This document shows positions 50,241 to 60,100 of a DNA stretch of 64,000 nt, one piece after another. The notes beneath the pieces were generated by a model. It ran no database searches, had not been told where the DNA came from, and saw only the letters and a program-made list of their open reading frames with translations. Numbering within the stretch: position 1 is the stretch's first letter; each line of letters starts with the position of its first letter. The translations under genes were made by a program, and so were the position numbers. Source of the DNA: Candidatus Sumerlaeia bacterium. GTDB taxonomy: Bacteria; Sumerlaeota; Sumerlaeia; JADFCW01. The DNA is taken from positions 4,028-68,027 of the forward strand of contig JAOAGV010000006.1 in NCBI GenBank assembly GCA_026415575.1, written 5' to 3'.

Positions 50241-51449
50241 ATGATGGAAGAACAAAAAGGCAGAACCAAGGCCGAAAGCATGGATATTCGCTTGGGACCA
50301 ACTCATCTACTGCGGATTATCCTTTTTGTTTTTTTTCTTTTCGCACCGGCGCTCTCCCAATCTGCCACGACCTTCACAATTCGCGCTCCGGCCGATCCGG
50401 CGCGTCTGGAACGCCTTAGAGCGCACGGGGTCGCAGCCGTGCCGGCCGTTCTGACTCATTTCCTCGAGAATGGGTTTGCGCCCGGAACACAGTTTTCCGA
50501 TTTGCCCGCCACGCCATCGTTGAAGACACAAATTGTCGTGGATGCCGTTGTCGAGTGCGCCCGGCAGCAAGTGCTGTCTGTTGCGCCAACGCTGGGACGG
50601 CTGGCCTTTGGCCTCCCGTCGGACGGCGTTCGCAGAATTGTCCAATGGGACATCTCGCAACAGCGGCCCAGCGAACGGCTGCGTTTCGAGACCGACACGA
50701 TGAAAACGCTGCGCCTGAACGCGGTTGTGGCGCTCGGCCTGATCGGAGCACCTCAAAGCGTCTATGAACTGGCCGCCGTGTTTGAGCGCGAAAAGGACGG
50801 CGATCTCAAAATCGCGGCGGCGCTGGCACTGGCCACGCTCGGCTCGCGGGCCGGACTTTCCTATCTGGTGGACGAGACGGGCCGCGCCAACCGCACATCG
50901 TCGGTGGCCGCGGGCGAGGCGCTGGCGTGGATCACGGGTCTGGACTATGGCCCCGATGCGGATTTTCCCGTCGCGCGGCGCGAAGAGTCGGCGGCAAAAT
51001 GGAAGGCGTGGTGGCGGCGCGAGGGCCGGACGTTTCAGCCCGATCGCGCACAAATTCTCGCCCGGCGCCTCACACCACCCATCCGTCCCGTGCCGCGTCC
51101 GCCCCGCACCGTCCGCGAACTGCTCGACTGTGTCGCCTACCCCAACGATCCGCGCTGGAGCGTGGATTTCTACACCGCGCACACGCAACTGCTGCAGATG
51201 GGGGCGGGCGCTCTGGAGGAACTGGAGACTGTCGTCAAGGACAAGAACGAAAACTTGCGAATCCGGCGCGAGGCCGTCCTTGTTCTGACGCAAATCATCA
51301 CCGCGGCCAACCGCCGACCGCCGGCCGCTCAGGTGCAGCGTGCCTATCGCGCCGTCTGGTGGCTGCGTTTCGACCGCAATCCGGAAATCCGCGAGATTGC
51401 GCGCCAGTGTCTGCCGCGGTTGAAACAAGCAAGGGAAACGAGCGGATGA
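50241..51449 (+). CDS. Secreted HEAT / PBS-lyase-like repeat protein.
   Basis: Signal peptide (MDIRLGPTHLLRIILFVFFLFAPALSQSA, alternative start at 50280). Multiple HEAT-like units (LNAVVALGLIGAPQSV, KIAAALALATLGSRAG, RREAVLVLTQI). Confidence 0.6.
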   Translation: MMEEQKGRTKAESMDIRLGPTHLLRIILFVFFLFAPALSQSATTFTIRAPADPARLERLRAHGVAAVPAVLTHFLENGFAPGTQFSDLPATPSLKTQIVVDAVVECARQQVLSVAPTLGRLAFGLPSDGVRRIVQWDISQQRPSERLRFETDTMKTLRLNAVVALGLIGAPQSVYELAAVFEREKDGDLKIAAALALATLGSRAGLSYLVDETGRANRTSSVAAGEALAWITGLDYGPDADFPVARREESAAKWKAWWRREGRTFQPDRAQILARRLTPPIRPVPRPPRTVRELLDCVAYPNDPRWSVDFYTAHTQLLQMGAGALEELETVVKDKNENLRIRREAVLVLTQIITAANRRPPAAQVQRAYRAVWWLRFDRNPEIREIARQCLPRLKQARETSG

Positions 51450-51676
51450 GGCAACAGATTCGGCATTTGACCGTGACGACGCTAACCCTCGACGTCCCCG
51501 AATTTCTACAAAGCGCCCGGGTGACGGAAGTTTCTTCACCATTGGAGGGTTGGCTTCCACGCCAACCCCTTTTCCGTTTCCGACGCCGTGAAAGGCGTCC
51601 ATCCACAGGAGGATTGCGTCGCAAAATTTCGCAGAAAAAATCAGTAAAAACAATTGCTTTACTTGCTTGCCCGTGA
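51446..51676 (+). CDS. Possible small basic protein (76 aa) whose start overlaps the HEAT-gene stop by ATGA.
   Basis: The ATG overlaps the TGA of the upstream gene (ggATGAgg). Arg-rich. No homology recognised. Low confidence. Confidence 0.2.
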   Translation: MRQQIRHLTVTTLTLDVPEFLQSARVTEVSSPLEGWLPRQPLFRFRRRERRPSTGGLRRKISQKKSVKTIALLACP

Positions 51677-51788
51677 GGTGAACAAAGTTCTATTTGGATG
51701 CATGTTAGTTCCCATTCGGCGGGTCGGTTCTTTTCCGCAGCTTGTGAATCAGTCACCTGCGCTGTGGTGGAGAAAAGCTCAACAAGCT

Positions 51789-51881
51789 ATGGACTACGAA
51801 CGCCACGCTGAAGTGTGAGTGACGTCCGGCACACTGAAGCGTGGACTATGAACGGCAAACTGAAGTTTAAGCCGCACACTG
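51789..51881. promoter_or_regulatory. Two tandem direct copies of the same 27-45 nt motif family immediately upstream of the GH5-like gene.
   Basis: Unit 1 tggactacgaacgccacgctgaagtgtg... and unit 2 gtggactatgaacggcaaactgaagtttaagccgcacactg. Unit 2 is the reverse complement of the left arm of the 50139 palindrome, with 23/27 matches. Confidence 0.5.
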
Positions 51882-51911
51882 TTTTTTTCCAAAAAACTCA
51901 GGAGGGCAGAA

Positions 51912-54074
51912 ATGAATGTCCGACGCGTGTTCCACGTTCTCTACATGGTGATTGCTATGGGATGTGTTTCTTCCTTGTACAAGCCGATGCATGCGGCCGA
52001 GGGCATGGTGCCGTTTGCGATAGACTGGGACAAGGCCGCCGGCTCGGCCGTGGACCTATCGTCGTATCTCGATGCGCCGGCGGGCAAGGACGGCTTCATC
52101 CGCGTCGAAAAGGATCATCTGGTCAGACCCGACGGCAAGCGGTTTCGCATCTGGGGTGTCAATCTCACCGGGGCAAATTGTTTTCCAACCAAGGAAGACG
52201 CGCCGGTGATTGCCGCCGACCTTGCACGCTACGGCATCAACTGCGTCCGTTTTCATCACATGGACTCGCGCTGGGCCGGATTCTTTGATCCCGCGCGCGA
52301 CGATACGCGGCGGCTCGATCCGGAGAAGCTCGACCGCCTCGATTTCTTCGTCGCCGAACTCAAAAAGCGCGGCATTTACACCAACCTCAATCTCAATGTC
52401 TCGCGCCAGTATAAAAAGGGTGACGGCGTCCGCGACTACGAACTGCTCGGTTATGCCAAAGGCGCCACGTATTTCAACGAGCGGCTGATCGAACTCCAGC
52501 ACGAATACGCACGCCAGCTGCTCACGCACCGCAACCCTTACACCGGCGCGGATTATTGCAACGAGCCGGCAGTGCTGTGCGTCGAGATGGTCAATGAAAA
52601 CTCGTTGGTCGAGGCGTGGATTTCCGGCCGCCTCGCCGGAAAGGACGATCCCAAAGGCGACCCGACATGGGGGCCGCTGCCCGTCTCCTATGCCAACGAA
52701 TTGACGGAGCAGTACAATGCGTGGCTGTCGAAGAATGTTGCACCGGACGTGTTGGCGCGCATCCGCGAGTCGGCCGGCGTCAAGGCAAACCAGCCCGTTC
52801 CGCGCCTCAACGGCCGCGCCGAGATGGCCAAGGCCTCCCGCGAGCGCTTTTTCGCCGAAGCCCGCTTCATCATGGAAAAAGAGCGCATCTTCTTTGAAGG
52901 AATGAAAAAACTGCTGCGCGACGAACTCGGCGTCAAATCGCTTCTCGTCGGCTCGTCCGATCACAACGACGGCATCAGCGGCTATCCGCACATCCTCGCC
53001 AACACAACGTTCGACATCATAGACGGCCACGGCTACTGGGAGCACCCGCGCACACGGCCGACGTTCTGGCTGAAAAACACTGCGATGGTCAACGACCCGT
53101 TCGATTGCACGGTGATCCAGTTTGCGCGAACGCCTGTGGTCGGCCGCCCGTTCACGATCAGCGAGGTCAATCATCCATTCCCCAATGAATACGCCTGCGA
53201 GGGAATTCCCATTCTGACCGCCTACACCTTGTTTCACGATTGGGACGGCATTTACTGGTTCACCTTTGGAGCGCCGCGCGAGGCCGCGCAGAAAAAGCAG
53301 GGGCTTGCAACGTTTGACTTCAGCAACGACCCCGTGAAAATGTCGCAGCTGGCCGTGTGCGGCCTGATGTTCCACCGGCAGGACCTTGCTGCGGCGAAGC
53401 GCATGATTGTGCGCGCCTATTCGCCCGACGAGGTGATCGAAAGCATCCGTTTGCCTTATCAGGACCGGCCGTTTTTCACCGCGGGATTCTCGCGCACAAC
53501 GCCGCTGCAATACGCCGTACGGCTGTCCTTCGGCGGCCAGTCCACGCTCCCGTTTCCGGAACACACGTCCGGCCCCGTCATCCGCGCCGACAGCGGCCAG
53601 ATTGCCTGGTATAACGACGAGCAGAAAAAGGGCCTCGTAACGGTGGACAGTGACAAGACGCAGGCGCTTGTGGGCTTTGTGAAGCATCGTCGAACCGCCG
53701 TAAAACATCTGGCCGCCGAGGTGGACAATGACTTTTGCGCGCTGGTTCTGACCTCGCTCGACGGCAAATCCATCGCCCAATCCTCGCAACTGGTGCTCTC
53801 GGCGGGCGCAAAGGTTGCCAACTCCGGCATGACATGGAGCGACGACCGCCACACGCTGCCGCAGTGGGGCAAGTGGCCGCCGGCTATCGAGCCGGTGACG
53901 GGTGCGGTCATCCTTCGCGGCCTTGAGGGGGCGAAGTCGGTCGCCGTGCAGCCGCTGGCTGCCAACGGCTGCCCGCTGGGCGAAACGCGCGCCGCCGTCC
54001 GCTCCGGCAACGACTGGCGAATTCCCGTTGGAAATCCCCCGACCGTTTGGTATGTCGTGAAGGTGGATCGGTAG
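51912..54074 (+). CDS. Secreted glycoside hydrolase, GH5-like (cellulase-superfamily TIM barrel) with a C-terminal beta-rich domain.
   Basis: Signal peptide MNVRRVFHVLYMVIAMGCVSS. GH5-like blocks FRIWGVNL, GINCVRFHHMD and the N-E-P acid/base motif YCNEPAVLCVEMVNENS. Candidate nucleophile region FTISEVNH. RBS GGAGGG before the ATG. Confidence 0.65.
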   Translation: MNVRRVFHVLYMVIAMGCVSSLYKPMHAAEGMVPFAIDWDKAAGSAVDLSSYLDAPAGKDGFIRVEKDHLVRPDGKRFRIWGVNLTGANCFPTKEDAPVIAADLARYGINCVRFHHMDSRWAGFFDPARDDTRRLDPEKLDRLDFFVAELKKRGIYTNLNLNVSRQYKKGDGVRDYELLGYAKGATYFNERLIELQHEYARQLLTHRNPYTGADYCNEPAVLCVEMVNENSLVEAWISGRLAGKDDPKGDPTWGPLPVSYANELTEQYNAWLSKNVAPDVLARIRESAGVKANQPVPRLNGRAEMAKASRERFFAEARFIMEKERIFFEGMKKLLRDELGVKSLLVGSSDHNDGISGYPHILANTTFDIIDGHGYWEHPRTRPTFWLKNTAMVNDPFDCTVIQFARTPVVGRPFTISEVNHPFPNEYACEGIPILTAYTLFHDWDGIYWFTFGAPREAAQKKQGLATFDFSNDPVKMSQLAVCGLMFHRQDLAAAKRMIVRAYSPDEVIESIRLPYQDRPFFTAGFSRTTPLQYAVRLSFGGQSTLPFPEHTSGPVIRADSGQIAWYNDEQKKGLVTVDSDKTQALVGFVKHRRTAVKHLAAEVDNDFCALVLTSLDGKSIAQSSQLVLSAGAKVANSGMTWSDDRHTLPQWGKWPPAIEPVTGAVILRGLEGAKSVAVQPLAANGCPLGETRAAVRSGNDWRIPVGNPPTVWYVVKVDR

Positions 54075-54152
54075 GCTGCGCCGTCGAAGAGAGCGGTTGA
54101 AAAAAATATGCGGCAGTACGATCAGCGGGCATTTTGCATCTGATTTCCTTGT

Positions 54153-55448
54153 ATGACGGGTCTTGCTCCATCGGGTTCTCTTTCCAATCGGCAGCGCGTC
54201 GTCATCACCGGCATGGGGGCTATCTGCGGTTTGGGCGACGACCTTGACGCCATTTGGAGCGGCTTGGTCGAGGGCCGGTGCGCGATTCGCCCGATTACGG
54301 TTTTCGATGTTCAGGGCTATCGCAGCCAGATTGCCGCGGAGGTGTCGGTGCTGCCATCGCTGCCGCCGGCCTTTGGCGCGCCGGGTTGTCAACCGGTGGA
54401 AAATCCCAAGCGTCTTTCGCGGACGGATTTGCTGAGTCTTCATGCCGCGGAATCGGCCCTGCGCGATGCGCGGCTTCTGGGTGCTCCGGAAATCGCCGGC
54501 ACGGGAATTATTTTCGGCGCCGGAAGCGGCGGCATGCGCAGCATCGAAATCTATCGCCGCGCCGCCGCCCAATTGGAAGCGGACAGGGCAGCGGCACGCC
54601 GCCTGCGCGCCCCCAATCCCGCATTGCTCGTCCCTTATGCACTCAACACAGCGACCGACTTCATCGCGCGCTGGTTTGGATTGGGTGCCCCGCGCCGCAC
54701 GGTTTCGACCGTCTGCACGTCGAGCACCAACGCGCTGGGGCTGGCCTTTCGGGCGGTGCGTTCGGGGCGGGCGCGCGCGATTCTGGCCGGCGGCGGCGAC
54801 GGCTTGTGCGAACTGACGGTGGCTGGATTCAACGCCATGCGCGCAGTGGACCCCGAACCATGCCGCCCCTTCGACCGCAACCGGCGCGGGTTGTCACTGG
54901 GTGAGGGCGCGGCGTTTCTGGTGGTTGAGTCGTTGGAAAGCGCGAGGGCGCGCGGCGTCGAGGTGCTGGCCGAATTCCTCGGCTATGGCCACAGCACGGA
55001 GGCGCATCACATTACCGCGCCCGACACCACCGGCACAGAGGCCGCGCGCACACTGGCTCTTGCGCTTGCCGATGCACACATAACTGCCGCCGACGTGGAG
55101 CATGTGAACGCGCACGGGACGGCAACGCCGTATAACGATGTCGCCGAAAGCCGCGGCCTGCTTCTGGCTCTTGGCGAACGCGCGCGCCAGATCCCCGTGT
55201 GCTCGATCAAGGCCATGATCGGCCACTGCCTTGGTGCCGCCGGCTCGCTCGAAGCCGTCGCCACCGTGCGGTCGCTTCAGACCGGCTGGATTCCGCCCAC
55301 GATCCACTATGAGACACCCGATCCCGACTGTCCACTGGACTATGTTCCCAATCAGGCGCGGCGTACCAAGCCCCGCGTGGCCCTGACGCAGAACTTTGCT
55401 TTTGGCGGAAACAACGCCGTGCTGGTGTTCCGCCGCTGGGAAGAATAA
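54153..55448 (+). CDS. Beta-ketoacyl-(acyl-carrier-protein) synthase, FabF/KAS II-like (active Cys-His-His).
   Basis: N-terminal RVVITGMGAICGLGDD. Active-site Cys in STVCTSSTNALGLA. His motifs EAHHITAP and NAHGTATPYNDVAE. C-terminal NFAFGGNNAVLVF. Confidence 0.85.
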   Translation: MTGLAPSGSLSNRQRVVITGMGAICGLGDDLDAIWSGLVEGRCAIRPITVFDVQGYRSQIAAEVSVLPSLPPAFGAPGCQPVENPKRLSRTDLLSLHAAESALRDARLLGAPEIAGTGIIFGAGSGGMRSIEIYRRAAAQLEADRAAARRLRAPNPALLVPYALNTATDFIARWFGLGAPRRTVSTVCTSSTNALGLAFRAVRSGRARAILAGGGDGLCELTVAGFNAMRAVDPEPCRPFDRNRRGLSLGEGAAFLVVESLESARARGVEVLAEFLGYGHSTEAHHITAPDTTGTEAARTLALALADAHITAADVEHVNAHGTATPYNDVAESRGLLLALGERARQIPVCSIKAMIGHCLGAAGSLEAVATVRSLQTGWIPPTIHYETPDPDCPLDYVPNQARRTKPRVALTQNFAFGGNNAVLVFRRWEE

Positions 55449-56720
55449 ATGAACGCTGCACTCACAGGTTGGAGCGTGCTGAGTCCTCTGGGAACGACGC
55501 GCAAAGAGTTTGCGCACAATGTGTGCGCGGGCCGGAGCGCGATTGCGCCCGTCGAGAATTTCGAGACCTCGGCGCTGGACTCTCATTGCGCCGCTCAACT
55601 GCGCGCGGCCATAGATTACAAGCGGTATATTCCGGCCGGGCACCTGCGCCGCATGGATGGCCTGTCGCGCCTGATGGTCTATGCGGCGTGCGAGGCGTTC
55701 GACCATGCGGGCGTTGCGGCACGCGGTATCCCGCCCGACCGCCGCGCCGTCGTCGTCGCCAGCGGGATGAACCACACCGAAAGCATCGAGCAGTTCTACC
55801 AATCGCTCCTTCAGGAAGGCCCGGAAGGCGCCAATCCGATTCACTTCCCGGCAACCATTCCCAACTGCGCCGGCGGTCTGATTGCCATCGAGTTGGAATG
55901 CCGCGGCCCCAATCTCACCGTGACGCAGAAGGAGACCTCGGCGGAAGCGGCATTGGTGCTGGCCGCCGACCTGCTCGCAAGCCGCGAAGCCGACATGGTG
56001 CTGGTGGCGGCCGGCGAGGCGCTGACGCCCGTGGTCTTTGACGGTCTGTCGCGCGTACGGGCGCTGTGCCGGCAGGAACGCGGCCGGCCGGAAGTCATGC
56101 GCCCCTTTTCGAGGGGGCGCCGAGGCTTTATCGTCGGCGAAGGCGTCGCGGCTGTTGTGCTTGAACCGGCCGACAAAGCCGAGTCCGACGGCCGGCCGAT
56201 CTTCGGTCGTTTGTGCGGTGCGGCCGAAGCGTGTCAGAACGCCTCACCCATGAAATACCCCGCCGACCCGCAGCCGCTGCTTCGGGCCATCGAGGCCATG
56301 ACGCTGGAATGCGGGTTCGATTCGGCTTCGGCGGCATTCATCAGTTCGGCAGCCAATGCGACGCAGACACTGGATGCGTGCGAGGCACAAATCATCCGCG
56401 AAATAAACAAGCGCGCAGGGCGGAGCGGGAATCCGCTTCCGGTCGCGGCCATCAAAGCGGCCGTCGGTGAGTTCTGCGCCGGTGGGCTGACACGAATTCT
56501 AGCCGCGCTAGCAGGCCTTCAGGCCAGCGTGTGTCCGCCGCTTCCCTATGGCGCGGCCGATGCCGATTGCGAGTTCGAGGATGTGCAGCTGTCGTTTTGC
56601 AGCGCGCCAGCGGCTGTTGAGGGAACCGGTTTTCTGCATCTCGCCGCAGCGGCCGGCGGTCATCAGATGGCACTATGGTTCCGGAGCGAAAAGCCTGAAA
56701 TCATGGGAATTGAGAATTAG
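55449..56720 (+). CDS. KS-like protein lacking the active-site Cys (Cys to Glu). Chain-length-factor-like or KS-beta-like partner, translationally coupled to the upstream KS.
   Basis: Thiolase/KS fold (AVVVASGMNHT..., FIVGEGVAAVVLE). The position that aligns to TVCTSS reads TVTQKETSAEAA. Its start ATG directly abuts the upstream TAA (gaaTAAATGaac). Confidence 0.75.
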   Translation: MNAALTGWSVLSPLGTTRKEFAHNVCAGRSAIAPVENFETSALDSHCAAQLRAAIDYKRYIPAGHLRRMDGLSRLMVYAACEAFDHAGVAARGIPPDRRAVVVASGMNHTESIEQFYQSLLQEGPEGANPIHFPATIPNCAGGLIAIELECRGPNLTVTQKETSAEAALVLAADLLASREADMVLVAAGEALTPVVFDGLSRVRALCRQERGRPEVMRPFSRGRRGFIVGEGVAAVVLEPADKAESDGRPIFGRLCGAAEACQNASPMKYPADPQPLLRAIEAMTLECGFDSASAAFISSAANATQTLDACEAQIIREINKRAGRSGNPLPVAAIKAAVGEFCAGGLTRILAALAGLQASVCPPLPYGAADADCEFEDVQLSFCSAPAAVEGTGFLHLAAAAGGHQMALWFRSEKPEIMGIEN

Positions 56721-56788
56721 CCGGGCGTTCATCTTTGGCCGAATACTCCGGCTTCAAGCCAAGGAACCGCAATTATAATACGCGTGAA

Positions 56789-56810
56789 GGGTCGGGTTCC
56801 ACCCCGACCC
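56789..56810 (+). terminator. 8-bp-stem GC hairpin (gggtcggg-ttccac-cccgaccc) 70 nt after the KS-like stop. Possible terminator with no U-tract.
   Basis: Perfect inverted repeat read directly from the sequence. Confidence 0.3.
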
Positions 56811-57110
56811 TGTCGGGCTTCACTCCGGCGCGGCATGGTTTTGCCCTTTTGGGCAGCCCCCATTGGGAAATGTTCACACCTCATTCGTTTTTGCCAAAGG
56901 TCGTGCTAGGGCGCCTCAGTTTGCAAAACGCACCGTGCTAAAATACGAACTGCCAAGTACTTACACAAAAAGCCGGCGGTATTTTTGAACCCTTGTTCCG
57001 TTTGGCCCCCTACCCGCTATCCCTTGCCTTTCACTGGCGCCTTGCATAGCATCGGTTTGGCGTGGATTGGCAGAATTTTTGCCCGGGGGATTTTTTTGAA
57101 GGAGTCCAAA

Positions 57111-60100
57111 ATGGTGTCGGAGAAAAGTCGCTGTGTTCTTTCTGCCTTCATATTGCTTGCCCTTGTGCCTTGTTGGGCGGCGTCGGACTGGCCCATGTGG
57201 CGCTATGACGCCAACCGAAGCGCCGCGTCGCCGGCGGAGCTGCCGGACCAACTCCATCCGCAATGGGCGCTGACCCTTCCGCCGCTGGAGCCGGCATGGC
57301 CCGAGCAGATGAACGAGTCGCGGATGACCTTTGATCATGCATATTCGCCAATCGTGTTGGGAAAAACGATGTTTGTGGGCTCGTCGCGCGACGACAGTCT
57401 TCGCGCCTACGACACCGAGACGGCGTCGGAGAAATGGCGGTTCTACGCCGACGCGCCGATTCGCTTTGCTCCGGCAGCGTGGAACGGCAAGGTCTATGTT
57501 GTTTCCGACGACGGTATGTTGTATTGCCTGCGCGCGGACGACGGCACAGTGGTGTGGAAGTATCGCGGCGGGCCTTCGGCGCGCAAAGTGTTGGGCAACA
57601 AGCGGCTGGTTTCGACGTGGCTGGCGCGGGGCGGTCCGGTCGTTGCCGACGGCAAGGTCTATTTTGCCGCCGGCATCTGGCCGTTTATGGGCGTGTTCAT
57701 CTACTGTCTTGACGCCGAGACCGGCAAGCGGGTGTGGCTCAACGACGGCAGCGGTTCGATTTACATGCAATCGCCGCACAGCGGGGCGTTTGCGTTCAAC
57801 GCCGTGGCGCCGCAAGGCTATCTGGTGGTGGTCGGCAACACCCTTCTGGTGCCCAACGGGCGCGCCGCGGCCGCAGGATTTGACCGCCGCACGGGCGAGC
57901 TCCTGTACTTCCGCTTTGCCGAGCATGGCAAGAACGGAACCTGCCACACGGCAGCGGTGGGCGAAGTGTTCAACAACAGCAACAAGCTGTGCAGCGTGTC
58001 CGACGGGAAGCCAATGGCCGATCTTCGCGATGGAGCAATCCTGACCGAAACGATCGTCTATACGGCGGGCGACGGCCGGATTCAAGCTTTGACGTTGGGG
58101 AAAAAACTTTCACGCCGGTGGAGCTACTCCGCACGGCAGACGGAACTGTTCTGCAAAGCAGGCAGCCGTCTTTATGCCGGCGGGCCGGACCGTGTTGTGG
58201 CACTCGAGGATTTGGGCGACAGTTACACGGTGCGCTGGGAAAGCGCGATTCACGGCACGCCGGCGCAGATGCTGGCCGCCGACAACAAGCTGTTCGTCGT
58301 TACGCGCGAAGGACGCATTTACTGTTTTGGCGAACGCGAAGGGCCCACCGTGCTTCGCGGCAAGCCCCTTGCCCCGCCAACATGGCCGGCGCAAGATGAT
58401 TGGACCGAGAAGGTCCGGGCTATTCTTTCCAGCACAAACGTTCAGGACGGCTACTGCTTAGTGTTGGGTGTGGGAAGCGGCCGGCTGATGGAAGAACTGG
58501 CCCGCCTGTCCAATCTAAATGTAATCGGACTGGACCCGGACGGCCAAAAAGTCGAACAGCTGCGGCGCCGCTGGGATGACAAGATCGGCATTGCGCGCGA
58601 GCGCCTCAGTATTCTGCAAGGGGACATCTACACGGCCCAATTGCCGCCGTATCTGGCCAGTCTGATTTTGACGGAAGACCCGGAAGCATCGGGGATTCAA
58701 CAGGGCGTCCAATTCGTAGAAAAGATATTCCATTCGTTGCGTCCTTACGGGGGCAAGGTGTGTTTCCCGGCGGAGACGGAAGTGTTGTTCCGCAAGGCGG
58801 CCGGCGGCGGGCAACTGGCCAACGCCCAAATCGCACGCGCAGGGGATTTTGCGCTTTTGGAACGCGCCGGCGCATTACCCGGCGCGGCCGACTGGACCCA
58901 CCAATACGGTGATCCGGCCAATACCGGCGTTTCCAAGGACAAGCTGGTGAAGGCGCCTCTTGGGTTGCTGTGGTTCGGCGGCTCATCGAACAACGCGATG
59001 CTGCCGCGCCACCGGCACGGTCCGCCCGAGCAGGTGGTCGGCGGGCGTATGTTTATCGAGGGACAGGACCTGATGCGCGCTGTGGATGTTTATACGGGTC
59101 GAATCCTGTGGGAGACCCACCTGCCCGGCATCGGCCACAATTTCGTGAAATTTCCCATAACAGCGGAGAATGAAAAGCACGAGCCGGGAGCCAACCACAT
59201 GGGTTCGAACTTTGCCGTAACCACCGACGGTGTCTATGTTTGCCATGGGCCAGCCTGTCTGCGGCTCGATCCGGCGACAGGGCAGGTGCGTTCGACATTT
59301 GCGCTGGCGGGAGAGGAAACATGCAGCCAAGTGCGAGTGTACGGCGATCTCCTCGTGCTGGCGTTTGATCCGCTGTTGCTTGATTTTCAACCTCTCGGTG
59401 AAAACAACTGGAACGGTGCATCGAGCCGCCGCCTTGTGGTGATGAACCGCCACAGCGGCGAGGTTCTCTGGCAGCGCTCCGCCCGCCATGCTTTTCACCA
59501 CAACACGATTATTGTCGGCAATAACACGGTCTTTTGCATAGACCGTCTGCCGCCGGGTCAGGAAGCGAAGCTGAAACGGCGCGGCCGGAAACCCGCCAGC
59601 GTCGGCGCGCAATACTGCCTGCTGGCGCTGGATGTCCACACTGGCGAACAAATCTGGAGCACTACCGAGACCGTCTTCGGCACGTGGCTCGGGTATTCGC
59701 AGGAACATGACATTCTTTTGCAGGGGGCGCGGCAATCGGCCGACATGGTGCGGGGGGAACCGGGCGGCAGGCTGATTGCTTACCGCGGACGCGACGGCTC
59801 CGTCCTCTGGGACAAACGGGAAGACGTGGACCAAGGGCCTTATCTGATTCACAACGATGTTCTCTACATGCAGCAAGGCAACTACAAGCCGATGGGGGCA
59901 CTGTATCTGCGCACGGGCGAAACTTATATGCGCGAGCATCCGCTGACGGGCGAGACGGTGCCGTGGCAATTCATCCGCAACAAGGGTTGCGGCACGGCGA
60001 TTGCCTGCGAAAACCTCCTGACGTTCCGTTCGGGCGCAGCGGCGTTTTATGATCTGACCACCAACGGCGGTGTCGGCAACCTCGGCGGGTTCCGTTCGGG

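Noticed and set aside
50139-51881. Inverted 13-mer AACTTCAGTTTGC / GCAAACTGAAGTT as terminal inverted repeats of an element carrying the HEAT gene
   Set aside because: A lone 13-mer pair is expected by chance in 64 kb. The match was only kept as interesting because it extends to 23-24 of 27 nt and recurs four times. A transposon interpretation is unsupported, since there is no transposase and no target-site duplication.
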